Made by a program: the position numbers and the translations under genes
The notes under the pieces: model-generated
Seen by the model: only the letters and a program-made list of their open reading frames with translations
What the model was told of the DNA's origin: nothing
The model's database searches: none
Assembly: GCA_029556475.1 (NCBI GenBank)
Contig: JAKQEP010000081.1
Span: 3,130-67,129 of the forward strand
Reading direction: 5' to 3'
Length of the DNA stretch: 64,000 bases
Source: Candidatus Atribacteria bacterium
GTDB lineage: Bacteria > Atribacterota > Phoenicimicrobiia > Phoenicimicrobiales > Stramentimicrobiaceae
Part shown: one piece after another, positions 29,578 through 39,086 of the stretch
Position numbering within the stretch: position 1 is the first letter of the stretch
Layout of the letters: each line of letters starts with the position of its first letter

Positions 29578-30498
29578 TTATACTGATTTCTTTACCTTCC
29601 CAGCGATGGCTCTGATATGTTCCGGGGTTGTTCCACAACATCCTCCAATAATATTTACTCTCAGTTGAATAAATTTTTCTGTATATTCTGCCATCTCTTG
29701 TGGTGTCGCGGGATATATAATCCGATTATTATCTATATAAGGGATCCCAGCATTGGGTTTGACCAATAGCGGAGCATCAGTTAATACCCTCATCTGTGCA
29801 ATTACCTTATAAAGAGTCTCAGGTCCACTACCACAATTGGCACCCACACCATCTGCACCTTCTTGAAATAATACTTTGACTGCCTTTTCTGGACTTATTC
29901 CATATATCGTTTTTAAACTATCATCAAAGGTCATAGAGGCAAAAACCGGTAAATCACATATTTCTTTAACAGCCTTCAAGGCAATACCTATCTCGTTAAG
30001 GTCGTAGAAGGTCTCCAATAGAATAAAATCAATTCCAGAGGAGGCTAATACTTTAACCTGCTCTTCATAGCCTGCGTAAGCTTCTTCATCTTTTACCAAT
30101 CCACATGGTCCTAAAATTTCACCACTGGGACCTATGGAACCTGCTATAAAAATGGGTTGCTGATGAACTTCTCTATATTCATCAGCAGCTTTTCTGGCTA
30201 ATTTCACAGCCTGCTCATTTAATTCTAGTAGCCTTTCCCTGAAACCAAGTTTCTGTAATTTTATGCCATTTGCCCCAAAAGTATTGGTAAGAATAATATC
30301 TGCACCAGCTTCCAGATAGGAAGTATGTATACTTTTTACTATATCAGGTTGAGTAATATTCCACATCTCAGGAGCTTCTCCCGCTTTTAAACCGTATTGT
30401 TGCAGCATAGTGCCCATAGCCCCATCGATGACTAAAGTTTTTTGACTTAACAGAGCTAAAAAATCATTCCCCATTCCCTTTTTATTTTCTTTCTCCAT
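29578..30498 (-). CDS. Homocysteine S-methyltransferase domain protein (MetH Hcy-binding module only)
   Basis: 306 aa with LVIDGAMGTML and GADIILTNTF, plus the zinc-ligand cysteines GANCGSGP and IIGGCCGTTPEHI. No pterin or cobalamin domains are attached. Confidence 0.85.
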   Translation of the reverse strand: MEKENKKGMGNDFLALLSQKTLVIDGAMGTMLQQYGLKAGEAPEMWNITQPDIVKSIHTSYLEAGADIILTNTFGANGIKLQKLGFRERLLELNEQAVKLARKAADEYREVHQQPIFIAGSIGPSGEILGPCGLVKDEEAYAGYEEQVKVLASSGIDFILLETFYDLNEIGIALKAVKEICDLPVFASMTFDDSLKTIYGISPEKAVKVLFQEGADGVGANCGSGPETLYKVIAQMRVLTDAPLLVKPNAGIPYIDNNRIIYPATPQEMAEYTEKFIQLRVNIIGGCCGTTPEHIRAIAGKVKKSV

Positions 30499-30618
30499 CT
30501 GGAATACCTCCCTTACTTATTTTACTTTTTAATTGATATTAGCAATCCCTTTCAAATTTATCTTGATTATCTTTTTTACCTTAAGAGATAATATCATATC
30601 AGAAAATTAACTTCATTG

Positions 30619-31215
30619 CTATATTATTTTATGACCATTAACATGGGAATAGTTGGTTAATGTATTCTTCAGGGAATAAGTGTCAACAAAATGAATGGAT
30701 TTAATCCCAATTTTTCTGGCAGCAATCACATTTTCTAAAGTATCGTCAATGAAAATAATCCTATCTAAACCGATTCTCTCCTTATCCTCAATATACTGAT
30801 AAAATCGTGGTTCAGGTTTAGCGAACCCCAATTGATGAGAGGCGTAAACATGGTCAAAAAAGCGGTAATCTCCATTTTTAAGATGGATCTGATAATGGAT
30901 TTCTATTGTATTTGTTCCGCAGACAATACAATTTTTCTCTCTTAATTCTTTAATAATTTCGATAATTTCCTGGTTGAGGGTGGGGCGAAAAAACTTTTCA
31001 AATAAATCTATTTCAATGTTTCTAAATATTTTGTTAGAAAAATATTCCCAGAATTGCCGGCTGCTTATTTTACCACAAAGTAAATTTATCCAATTCTGCC
31101 CGGCTAATTTAAAAAATTTCTTCTCGTTTATTTCTAAATGCTCAGCAATAGATGGAATTACATTGGTGTGGTTGGCCACAACACCACCCATATCAAAAAT
31201 AAATAACATGTTCAA
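30619..31215 (-). CDS. HAD-superfamily hydrolase (subfamily IA-like)
   Basis: Motif I FIFDMGGVV, a cap region, and the motif IV context IIFIDDTLENV. Confidence 0.75.
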   Translation of the reverse strand: MNMLFIFDMGGVVANHTNVIPSIAEHLEINEKKFFKLAGQNWINLLCGKISSRQFWEYFSNKIFRNIEIDLFEKFFRPTLNQEIIEIIKELREKNCIVCGTNTIEIHYQIHLKNGDYRFFDHVYASHQLGFAKPEPRFYQYIEDKERIGLDRIIFIDDTLENVIAARKIGIKSIHFVDTYSLKNTLTNYSHVNGHKII

Positions 31216-31229
31216 GAAACCTCTCTTTC

Positions 31230-32105
31230 CTAACCTTTGCGAGAGGAAAATAGAGCAGCGCCTCCGATAAAATATTTCGATAGTCTTAAAAACAAAATCA
31301 AAATAGGAATACTAGCAATGGAAGCAACTGCCATTAAGGCACCTTCATCAGTATGTTTTTCAGAAATGAATCTGACAATATATTGAGGAATTGTCTTCAT
31401 CTCTTCACTTTGAACAATCAGTAAAGGCCACAATAGATTATCCCATTGTGACTTAAATGTCAGCACTGCCAGCGTTGCCATTGCTGGTATACTATTTGGA
31501 ACAATGATAGTTCTAAAAATCATCATCTCGCTGGCACCATCAATCCGTGCCGCATCAAGTATTTCATCAGGGAAGGTAATAAAATATTGTCTCATTAGAA
31601 ATATACCAAAGGCATTCACTAAAAAAGGAATAATCAATCCCTGATAGGAATTCTGTAAACCTAATTTGGTTACTACCAGATAAAGGGGAATCATAATTGC
31701 TTCAAAGGGAATCATAAAAGTGGCCATAATCAGCATAAATACCGCATTCCTTCCCCAGAAACGATATTTAGCTAATCCAAAACCGGTTATTGCTGAAAGT
31801 ATGACGGTGGTGACCGTTACAGAGCTGGCAACAATAAATGAGTTTAAGATGTTTCTAATATAAATAAAACTACCATCATTACCTCTTATACCCTGCCAGT
31901 AATTTTGCCAGTAAATACCTTTAGGGATCCAGGGAAAAGGCATTTTCATCACATCACTGGCTGGCATTACAGATGCTGTAAACATGAAGACTAAAGGAGC
32001 TAATACAAACATAGCCGTCCCGATTAAAAATAACCAGATAAAGCTATTAATGATGATAGATGAAATATTACTGTTTTTAGTTTTTTTTTGCCATTTTTTC
32101 TGCAT
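31230..32105 (-). CDS. Carbohydrate ABC transporter permease (MalG-like)
   Basis: 291 aa, 6 TM helices, EAA-loop region (DAARIDGASEMMIFRTIIVP). Confidence 0.85.
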   Translation of the reverse strand: MQKKWQKKTKNSNISSIIINSFIWLFLIGTAMFVLAPLVFMFTASVMPASDVMKMPFPWIPKGIYWQNYWQGIRGNDGSFIYIRNILNSFIVASSVTVTTVILSAITGFGLAKYRFWGRNAVFMLIMATFMIPFEAIMIPLYLVVTKLGLQNSYQGLIIPFLVNAFGIFLMRQYFITFPDEILDAARIDGASEMMIFRTIIVPNSIPAMATLAVLTFKSQWDNLLWPLLIVQSEEMKTIPQYIVRFISEKHTDEGALMAVASIASIPILILFLRLSKYFIGGAALFSSRKG

Positions 32106-32115
32106 AATGTAATCC

Positions 32116-33027
32116 TTAGTAACTAACTTCTTCAGAACGAGAAACTCTAAACTGCAACCAGGTAAAGATAAGCATTATGAAGAATAATATGACACTCATG
32201 GCACTCGCTCTGCCGATTCGGTGATCCCGAATTGCAGTATGATAGATATTTAGGGTAATTACATTAATAGGAGCCATGGGGGCTCCGCCCTGAGTAAATA
32301 AATACTGGGTACTGAAAGTCTTTAAACATTGCAGCATAGACATCACCGACACCAGAACAGTAGTTGGTTTTAAGAGAGGGAGAGTAATATAGTAAAAATC
32401 CTGCCAGCGACTGGCACCGTCAATGAGAGCCGCTTCATGGGTTGACTGGGGGATAGTGGTCAAACCAACAATAAAAATAATGGTAAAATATCCCAGATAT
32501 TTCCAGCTATAAACAACCATGGTGGATATCTGTACCATTATGGAATTGGCCAAAAATTTATGATCAACACCCGGTGAATTAAATAAGAAATTAAGAACTT
32601 GGTTACCCAGTCCCCTGGGATCGAATATCAAGAGCCATATTACAGCTACCACAACCGAGGATAGCACAGCAGGAGAATAATAAGCCATTTGAAAAAATTG
32701 TTGAAATCTCTTTCTGCTGACAATAAAATTAGCCAGGATTAAACTAAGTATTACAATAGGGATAAAAGTTCCAATAGTGAAAACAGCCGTTGCTCTAATG
32801 GAGTTCCAGAAATCAGGCGACTTTAATAGATAGGCATAGTTTTGTAAAGCAATAAAATCAGGTGGTTGTAAAGAAAGTAACTTTTTCCGGAAGAAGCTGG
32901 TATAAAGTGCGGTAAAAATAGGATAAAAACTAAACAAAGAGAAAAAAAGAATAGAAGGAATAACAAAAAACAATCCCCACCTTGATTTTTTTTGTTCTAT
33001 TCCGGATTTAAATAAAGGGTATTTCAT
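32116..33027 (-). CDS. Carbohydrate ABC transporter permease (MalF-like)
   Basis: 303 aa, 6 TM helices, EAA loop (EAALIDGASRWQDFYYITLP). Confidence 0.85.
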   Translation of the reverse strand: MKYPLFKSGIEQKKSRWGLFFVIPSILFFSLFSFYPIFTALYTSFFRKKLLSLQPPDFIALQNYAYLLKSPDFWNSIRATAVFTIGTFIPIVILSLILANFIVSRKRFQQFFQMAYYSPAVLSSVVVAVIWLLIFDPRGLGNQVLNFLFNSPGVDHKFLANSIMVQISTMVVYSWKYLGYFTIIFIVGLTTIPQSTHEAALIDGASRWQDFYYITLPLLKPTTVLVSVMSMLQCLKTFSTQYLFTQGGAPMAPINVITLNIYHTAIRDHRIGRASAMSVILFFIMLIFTWLQFRVSRSEEVSY

Positions 33028-33093
33028 ATATTTTGACCTTCCTTAATAAAACAAAAAGGGCTAGGCAGAAACCTAGCCCCTCAGTCATTACTA

Positions 33094-34386
33094 TTATTCT
33101 TCTTCCAAAACTTCCTGAACTTTCAATTTCAATACCTGTAGAGCGGCTTCAGGTGTCCTGCCGGCAAGCATCACTGATTCTACTGCTTCACGGATATGTT
33201 GCTGAATGATGGCGCTGTTTTCACCATAGTAAACAATATGACCTCTCTCCATATCCTGTCTGAATACATCAGAATAAGGCATATTCTTAAATTCATCTGA
33301 CTCCATTAGCCTTACTTTGGGTTGAATCAAGCCAACTTTGACCAGGTATTCTTCAGGATAATTTAACATATAGCTGATAAATTTCCAGGTTATTTCCTGA
33401 TTCTCTTTTGGCTTTTGCTGATTGACTACAAAATAATGTCCATAGTAGGCGCTTGCCACATCCCGAACAGCATCTTCAAATAGCGGATAAGGAATTACTG
33501 CCCAATCACCACTATCATAAAATTCAGGATTATCGGCACGTATCCTTCCTTGCTGGTAAAGTCCGGATTGGCACATGGCTATATCATTATTATCTTTATT
33601 GAACAAATTTCTGGCATTGGTATAGGTGGGGGAGCCTAAGTTTTTTCCATTGGGACCCCATTGTTGCATATAAGTCAAAAATTTTAACCATGCCTCATCA
33701 TTAATAATGGCCTTTTTCCCGTCATCGCTAATTAATTTTCCACCTAACTGTTCTGCCATGGGCACCATTGCTACCAGATAATAGGGATATCTGAAATCAA
33801 ATCCCCTCCGGGTAATAATTTCTCCATCCCTTATGACAATCTTTTCAGATACTTCTACCATCTCTTCCCAGGTTTTAGGATAATCTTTATCGGGATCCAG
33901 GCCAGCATCCCAAAAAACCCTCTTATTCAAATAAATACACCAGTTAGTCAATTCCATAGGCAATCCATACAAATTGTTCTCGAAGGTAACCGAATCTAGT
34001 GTTCCCGGCATATAATCTTGGTAAACCGCCTCCAGACTATCATAGCCAGCAGCTTTATAATCAATGGGAGCCAGCCGGTTATTCACAATATAGGCATATT
34101 CATCTTCAATCTGCAAATTAAACATATCCGGCCCCTGATTTGCTGCAAAAGCTGTTAAAACAATTTCAGCCATTTTGTTGGAAGGATTGGTCACGCGTTT
34201 AATAGTAACACCAGGATTAGCTGCTTCAAATTCTTCAATGTAACGATTTTCAATTTCTGTACGATTTGGATCTTCATGTGTCCAATAGATTATTTCTATT
34301 TTTTGCTGGGCATATGCTGAAAGGGATAGTAAAAAAACAATTGCAAACAAAATAACAACTCTTTTCATAATCTGAAACCTCCTCAA
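33094..34386 (-). CDS. ABC transporter extracellular solute-binding protein (family 1)
   Basis: 430 aa with a signal peptide (VVILFAIVFLLSLSAYA). It is the first gene of the SBP-permease-permease operon. Confidence 0.85.
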   Translation of the reverse strand: MRRFQIMKRVVILFAIVFLLSLSAYAQQKIEIIYWTHEDPNRTEIENRYIEEFEAANPGVTIKRVTNPSNKMAEIVLTAFAANQGPDMFNLQIEDEYAYIVNNRLAPIDYKAAGYDSLEAVYQDYMPGTLDSVTFENNLYGLPMELTNWCIYLNKRVFWDAGLDPDKDYPKTWEEMVEVSEKIVIRDGEIITRRGFDFRYPYYLVAMVPMAEQLGGKLISDDGKKAIINDEAWLKFLTYMQQWGPNGKNLGSPTYTNARNLFNKDNNDIAMCQSGLYQQGRIRADNPEFYDSGDWAVIPYPLFEDAVRDVASAYYGHYFVVNQQKPKENQEITWKFISYMLNYPEEYLVKVGLIQPKVRLMESDEFKNMPYSDVFRQDMERGHIVYYGENSAIIQQHIREAVESVMLAGRTPEAALQVLKLKVQEVLEEE

Positions 34387-34605
34387 ATATATTTTCCTTC
34401 AATAATCCTAATATTTCTATTTGCCTGAACGGCTGATATTTCCACCCCCTTTCAGAACTAACGTATAATTAAGGCGTTGCTCTTTTATGCAGCAAACAAC
34501 ATTTATCTATAGAAAAAACGCTTTAATAATCATAATCTTATTCAATTTTTAAGTCAAACCATACCATGAATGGCTGTAACGGTTATTTCAGAGCAACAAT
34601 TAAGT

Positions 34606-36330
34606 TCATTGTCTTTTCTTTAGACCCTTTTTAAGCTCTAAAAGTGACAGACAATTCAAGATATTTGTTTTTTCTAGCCATCCTCGCCGGGCAACAGCTA
34701 CTCCGTAAAACATATTTTCCAGAGTAGTTATTTGATGGGCATCACTGCCCAGAGAGAGTAAAACACCCTGCTCTTTAGCGCTTCTAGCATAAACATCATT
34801 TAAATCCATTCTCTCAGGTGAAGAATTAATTTCCAGAACTGTCCCGGTCAGCGCAGCTAACCCTATTATCTCTTGAATATCTACATCATAAGCTTCTCGA
34901 TAGCCGATAATTCTACCAGTAGGGTGGGCAATAATGTCAACAAAAGGGTTTTCCATAGCTTTTCTCAGACGTTCAGTAATCTGCTCCTTTTTTTGTTTTA
35001 ATCCAGAATGAATGGCAGCAATGACTATGTCTAACTCTTTCAATATATGGTCAGAGATATCCAGTGAACCGTCTGATTTGATATCAACTTCTATCCCTTT
35101 TAAAACCGTTATTCCCTTCATATTTTTATTGATTTTATCTATTCTATTTATTTGCTCAATTAACCTCTGCTCATCCAAGCCCCCGGCAATATGGAGTGAC
35201 TGAGAATGGTCAGTAATAGCAATATACTGATAACCTTTCAGCTTGGCAGCTACAGCCATTTCCTCAATGGTATTAATCCCATCACTATCCACGGTATGGA
35301 TATGTAAGTCCCCTTGTATATCATTAAGTTTAACCAGATCTGGTAATTTATTATTGTGAGCGGCCGCAAATTCACCACGATCCTCTCTCAGCTCGGGCAT
35401 AATATATGGTAATCCCAGTATTCTATAGATTTCTTCTTCCTCTTCACCGGCAATCTTTTTATCATCTTTCGTTTGAAATACTCCATATTCGTTGATTTTT
35501 AAACCTTGCTTCACTGCCATCTCTCTCAGATGAACATTATGAGACTGAGAACCGGTAAAGTATAATAAAGCAGCACCAAAACTATCAGAGGATACTACTC
35601 TTAAGTCTACCTGCATATCTTTGTGTGTTAATATTGCTGATTTGGTCAAGCCTTCTGCCAGAACTTCTTTTGCCTGCGGCAAATGGATAAACTTATCCAT
35701 TATTTTTCCCGGGTTTTCTGAAGCAATCAGTAAATCTATATCTCCAATAGTATCCTTTCTTCGCCTTAAACTGCCGGCAATACTAATCTTTTCAACTTCC
35801 CCAAGTGATTTAAATTCACTGACTATTTCCTCAGCAATTGGTAAAGCAGTTCCCAGAAGGAATCTCTGCTCTCTCCTTTTATATAACTCTATACCTCTTA
35901 AAATGTTCTCTTCTGCCTTTTTACCCATTCCTGACAGTTTCTGCAATTTGTGCTGAAGCGCTGCCTTTTCTAATTGTTCCACACTGCTAATCCCCAATTC
36001 CTCATAAAAAAGCTTTGCCTTGCGTGGCCCTATGTCAGGAACATTTAATAATTCCAAAACCCCAGCTGGAATGCTCTTTTTTAACTTCTCATAATATTCA
36101 AGTCGACCTGTTTCAACTAATTCTCCAATTTTCTGGGCAATCGCCTCTCCTACTCCTGGAATCTCATTTAATTTCCCCAATCGGTAGAGAGTCTCAGCCT
36201 CCATAGGTAAATTCTCCAGAGTATCTGCTACTCTTTCATATGCCCTTATTTTAAACACATTTTCATCTTTTATTTTTAGTATCCTGGCAATATCGGCAAA
36301 AACTTCAGCTAATTCTGCATTTTTAACCAT
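34606..36330 (-). CDS. polX: DNA polymerase/3'-5' exonuclease PolX (Pol-beta-like domain plus PHP domain)
   Basis: HhH motifs (IPGVGEAIAQKI), nucleotidyltransferase motif GSLRRRKDTIGDIDLL, and a PHP domain (DLHIHTVDSDG ... ITDHS). Start taken at the ATG at 36330 (MVKNAELAEVF). Confidence 0.9.
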   Translation of the reverse strand: MVKNAELAEVFADIARILKIKDENVFKIRAYERVADTLENLPMEAETLYRLGKLNEIPGVGEAIAQKIGELVETGRLEYYEKLKKSIPAGVLELLNVPDIGPRKAKLFYEELGISSVEQLEKAALQHKLQKLSGMGKKAEENILRGIELYKRREQRFLLGTALPIAEEIVSEFKSLGEVEKISIAGSLRRRKDTIGDIDLLIASENPGKIMDKFIHLPQAKEVLAEGLTKSAILTHKDMQVDLRVVSSDSFGAALLYFTGSQSHNVHLREMAVKQGLKINEYGVFQTKDDKKIAGEEEEEIYRILGLPYIMPELREDRGEFAAAHNNKLPDLVKLNDIQGDLHIHTVDSDGINTIEEMAVAAKLKGYQYIAITDHSQSLHIAGGLDEQRLIEQINRIDKINKNMKGITVLKGIEVDIKSDGSLDISDHILKELDIVIAAIHSGLKQKKEQITERLRKAMENPFVDIIAHPTGRIIGYREAYDVDIQEIIGLAALTGTVLEINSSPERMDLNDVYARSAKEQGVLLSLGSDAHQITTLENMFYGVAVARRGWLEKTNILNCLSLLELKKGLKKRQ

Positions 36331-36366
36331 AATTAATCTTCTCTTTATTGATTCAAAATCTATTTT

Positions 36367-36395
36367 ATAGTTCCCTATTATCATATCACAAAGAA
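36367..36395. repeat. 29-bp direct repeat, copy 1 (contains the probable polX extended -10 promoter)
   Basis: ATAGTTCCCTATTATCATATCACAAAGAA is identical to 38092-38120. On the minus strand it reads TTCTTTGTGATATGATAATAGGGAACTAT, with TGaTATGAT 37-65 nt upstream of the polX ATG. Confidence 0.85.
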
Positions 36396-37093
36396 AATAT
36401 AAAATAATACCCACATATCTTTTTATCTTGTATTCTATTTCTTTACCAGTATTAATTGCTATATATAATTTATAAATTGTACGATATAATATGATATAAT
36501 ACTTATAAATAGTAGACTAGTCTGCAAGATAAAATAGCACATATAAAAATAGAATAGTAATCCTTAATTCTCCTGATAGAACAATCTAATACTACAAACA
36601 TATTTTACCAAAAATGTTACTGTTGAATAATAAATATTGTATAATATATTACAAAGATTTATCTTGTCTAAATAAAAAAGAGAGCAATAAATAACTTTGA
36701 AAGATAAAAATTAAATATGGTTACCTTTAAGAATATAATAGTAAAGCCTTTAGGCCTTCACTTTCCTTTGAAGCATCTGTTTGATCAGAAAAAGAAAAAA
36801 ATTTGTAATTGAAACAGAAATCTGTCGTAAGATTTTGAGCTATGTGTTAATTTTGTGTTCATAATTAATGGGTGTAAAGATTATTACCTGTCTTCTTATT
36901 TATTTATATTTTCCAGTATTCTAAACCATTCACTAAGGAGATGTTAGATGAATGGAAAAGGGATATCCGACTTTATAGACCAAAAAGAAAGGAGGTTCAT
37001 TAAAAGTAAAATAATCATCGAAAAACAACCTTGACAGACCTTTTCAATCTGCTTATTTTTTTATTAATTTCTTAAATTTTAAGGAGGTAAAAA

Positions 37094-37582
37094 ATGAAAA
37101 TTTATAAATTGTTAATTGTTATGGGTATTTTATGTTTGATTTTTTGCGGATGTACTCCACCTGTTGAATTGCCTGACCTTGTTGTCACTGAATTTAAAAC
37201 AAATGGTTCTCCATTTTTCCGTGAAGTTGACAAGGTTACAGTTGTCCCGGTTAGTGTGACAATTAAAAATATTGGCAATGCTGATGCTGGGATCTTCAAA
37301 GTGTCATTGGAGTACGCTGGTACACAAGGCACATTTGTTGTTGCTTTTCAAGTAGAAGGGCAGACTAATATGTGGTATCCCTATACTAATAAAAGTCTTA
37401 AACCTGGAGAAGAGATATCTTTCGAAGGAAATGCACTTTTTAACCGTAGGGGCGAAACGGTTTCTTTGAAGGCATGGGCTGATAGTTGTAGTGGTGATGA
37501 ATTTATGCCCGAGTATTGCCGAGTGGAAGAAAGCAATGAAAATAATAATGGATCAGCATCAATAACAGTGGTATTGCCTTAA
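37094..37582 (+). CDS. CARDB-like lipoprotein
   Basis: Strong SD (AAGGAGG). Signal peptide with a lipobox (LCLIFCGC). PDLVVTEF ... VTIKNIGNADAG ... ESNENNN resembles the CARDB (cell adhesion related domain in bacteria) pattern. Confidence 0.75.
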   Translation: MKIYKLLIVMGILCLIFCGCTPPVELPDLVVTEFKTNGSPFFREVDKVTVVPVSVTIKNIGNADAGIFKVSLEYAGTQGTFVVAFQVEGQTNMWYPYTNKSLKPGEEISFEGNALFNRRGETVSLKAWADSCSGDEFMPEYCRVEESNENNNGSASITVVLP

Positions 37583-37621
37583 CACTAACCTAATATAGCT
37601 AAAAAAAGTAAAAGATATGAG

Positions 37622-37690
37622 GAAGAGGTGTTAGATAATTTGACCGATATTGATGATTGGATTGACACCTCTTCTGTTTTGTATTTTTTC
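37622..37690 (+). terminator. Probable terminator of the CARDB gene
   Basis: GAAGAGGTGT (37622-37631) pairs with ACACCTCTTC (37665-37674), followed by TGTTTTGTATTTTTT. The loop is unusually long at 33 nt. Confidence 0.5.
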
Positions 37691-38091
37691 TGCTACTTTA
37701 TAATAATGGTCGAAATGAATCTCTATGCGGCAGAGTTAGGGTGTGTTTAAATTCATAAAACAAATTATTTAGCTAATGCATAACTTTTTATATCCTTTTT
37801 CTTGGTCATACACATATTTACTTGATAGTGTTGATAAAAAACTAGCTGACCAAAATTCTCCTCCCTTTATTTCCCGTTTACTTGTGGATTTTTAACAAAT
37901 ATCTTTTTAATAGTTATACTTTTTATTATTCTTATGATCTAGGTCACACCATAGCTTGGCACTGATGTATTACAAAATGGTATGATTTTAGCTTATTTCT
38001 ATTTCTAGGAACGTATGTCATATCTCTTGGAAATACCTATCTTCACTTCTCTATTATTTAATATGGAATATAGATCTGAACATAGATTTAG

Positions 38092-38120
38092 ATAGTTCCC
38101 TATTATCATATCACAAAGAA
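38092..38120. repeat. 29-bp direct repeat, copy 2
   Basis: Identical to 36367-36395. Weaker similarity (with indels) continues for several tens of bp toward lower coordinates. No ORF of 60 aa or more follows it on the minus strand. Confidence 0.85.
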
Positions 38121-38434
38121 TAGGACATAGAAATACAGCAATAATGTAATTGGATCGGTATGAGCAGGTATTTAACATTTTATTTCATTATTCCACTGAG
38201 GCATTCGAACAATGTAAAGAAGCTGAGTTTCCTTGTTTATTGAGCTTCACCGTGATAAAATATTAAATTGAGATAGGTCCTAAAGATACTTTTGTTGCTC
38301 AATTCATTTAAAGATTAATAAATAATAAAAATATAAAAACCAATTAATGAATGTGAGCCCTGCATAAAAATATCTAAGTAATCTGCTATAGATATTTTAC
38401 TTACTTTTGAATATCTGATAGTAGTTGAGGTTTT

Positions 38435-39022
38435 ATGAATACACCTGTAACTGAATTTACCATTGAAGAGCTTGCTGATACAATTAGAAAATGTCAAAAA
38501 TGTCATCTATCCCGTACTAGAAAAATGGCAGTTCCCGGAGAAGGCAATCCCAACAGTATTGTGATGTTTGTAGGAGAAGCCCCCGGAGGGGACGAAGATA
38601 GAGAAGGTCTTCCTTTTATAGGTAGAGCCGGGCAGCTCTTTACCCGTATCTTACAATCTGTTCAAATAGACAGAAAGAGTGTATTCATTACCAATATAGT
38701 TAAATGTAGACCACCGGAAAATAGAAATCCCAATAAAAGTGAAATTGATCTTTGTTTACCCTATCTGGAGAGCCAGATAGCCTTAATAAACCCCAAGATT
38801 ATTGTAACTCTGGGTAGCGTACCAGCTAAGTGTCTCTTAAATTCAGAAGAAGCAATTTCCCGTCTTAGAGGCAAGTGGTTTTCCTGGACAGGAGGAATCA
38901 AGATTTTTCCTATGTTTCACCCCAGCTATCTTCTGAGGCATCAGGAAACTACACCTGGCAGCCCTAAAGAACTGACCTGGCGGGATATCCAGGAACTTAA
39001 AAGAGTTTTAGATACATTTTAA
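38435..39022 (+). CDS. Uracil-DNA glycosylase, family 4
   Basis: CQKCHL ... GEAPGGDEDREGLPFIGRAGQLF ... HPSYLLR are family-4 UDG motifs. Confidence 0.9.
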   Translation: MNTPVTEFTIEELADTIRKCQKCHLSRTRKMAVPGEGNPNSIVMFVGEAPGGDEDREGLPFIGRAGQLFTRILQSVQIDRKSVFITNIVKCRPPENRNPNKSEIDLCLPYLESQIALINPKIIVTLGSVPAKCLLNSEEAISRLRGKWFSWTGGIKIFPMFHPSYLLRHQETTPGSPKELTWRDIQELKRVLDTF

Positions 39023-39086
39023 AAATTGCCAGCCAAACAAAGATGATTAAATCTGTTTTTAAAGAAAGGAATGGGGGCATTCTGAT

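Noticed and set aside
36331-36414. 28-aa N-terminal extension of PolX in the ORF track. The same applies to the extensions of spoVS (9908-10042), fbaB (5170-5244) and the OMP gene (50884-50979).
   Set aside because: The extensions are not family-like. Better internal starts with SD sequences exist. The polX extension overlaps its own promoter repeat, and the OMP extension overlaps the preceding gene.
36595-36608. CAAACATATTTTAC, a half-match to the candidate LexA box about 270 nt upstream of polX
   Set aside because: Only the left half-site is conserved and the palindrome is lost. It is too far from the polX promoter to argue for regulation without binding data.
36367-38120. Possible CRISPR-like or IS terminal repeats, given the 29-bp identical repeat
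   Set aside because: There are only two copies, in direct orientation and 1.7 kb apart. I found no further copies, cas genes or transposase. It is retained as a duplication or insertion footprint instead.
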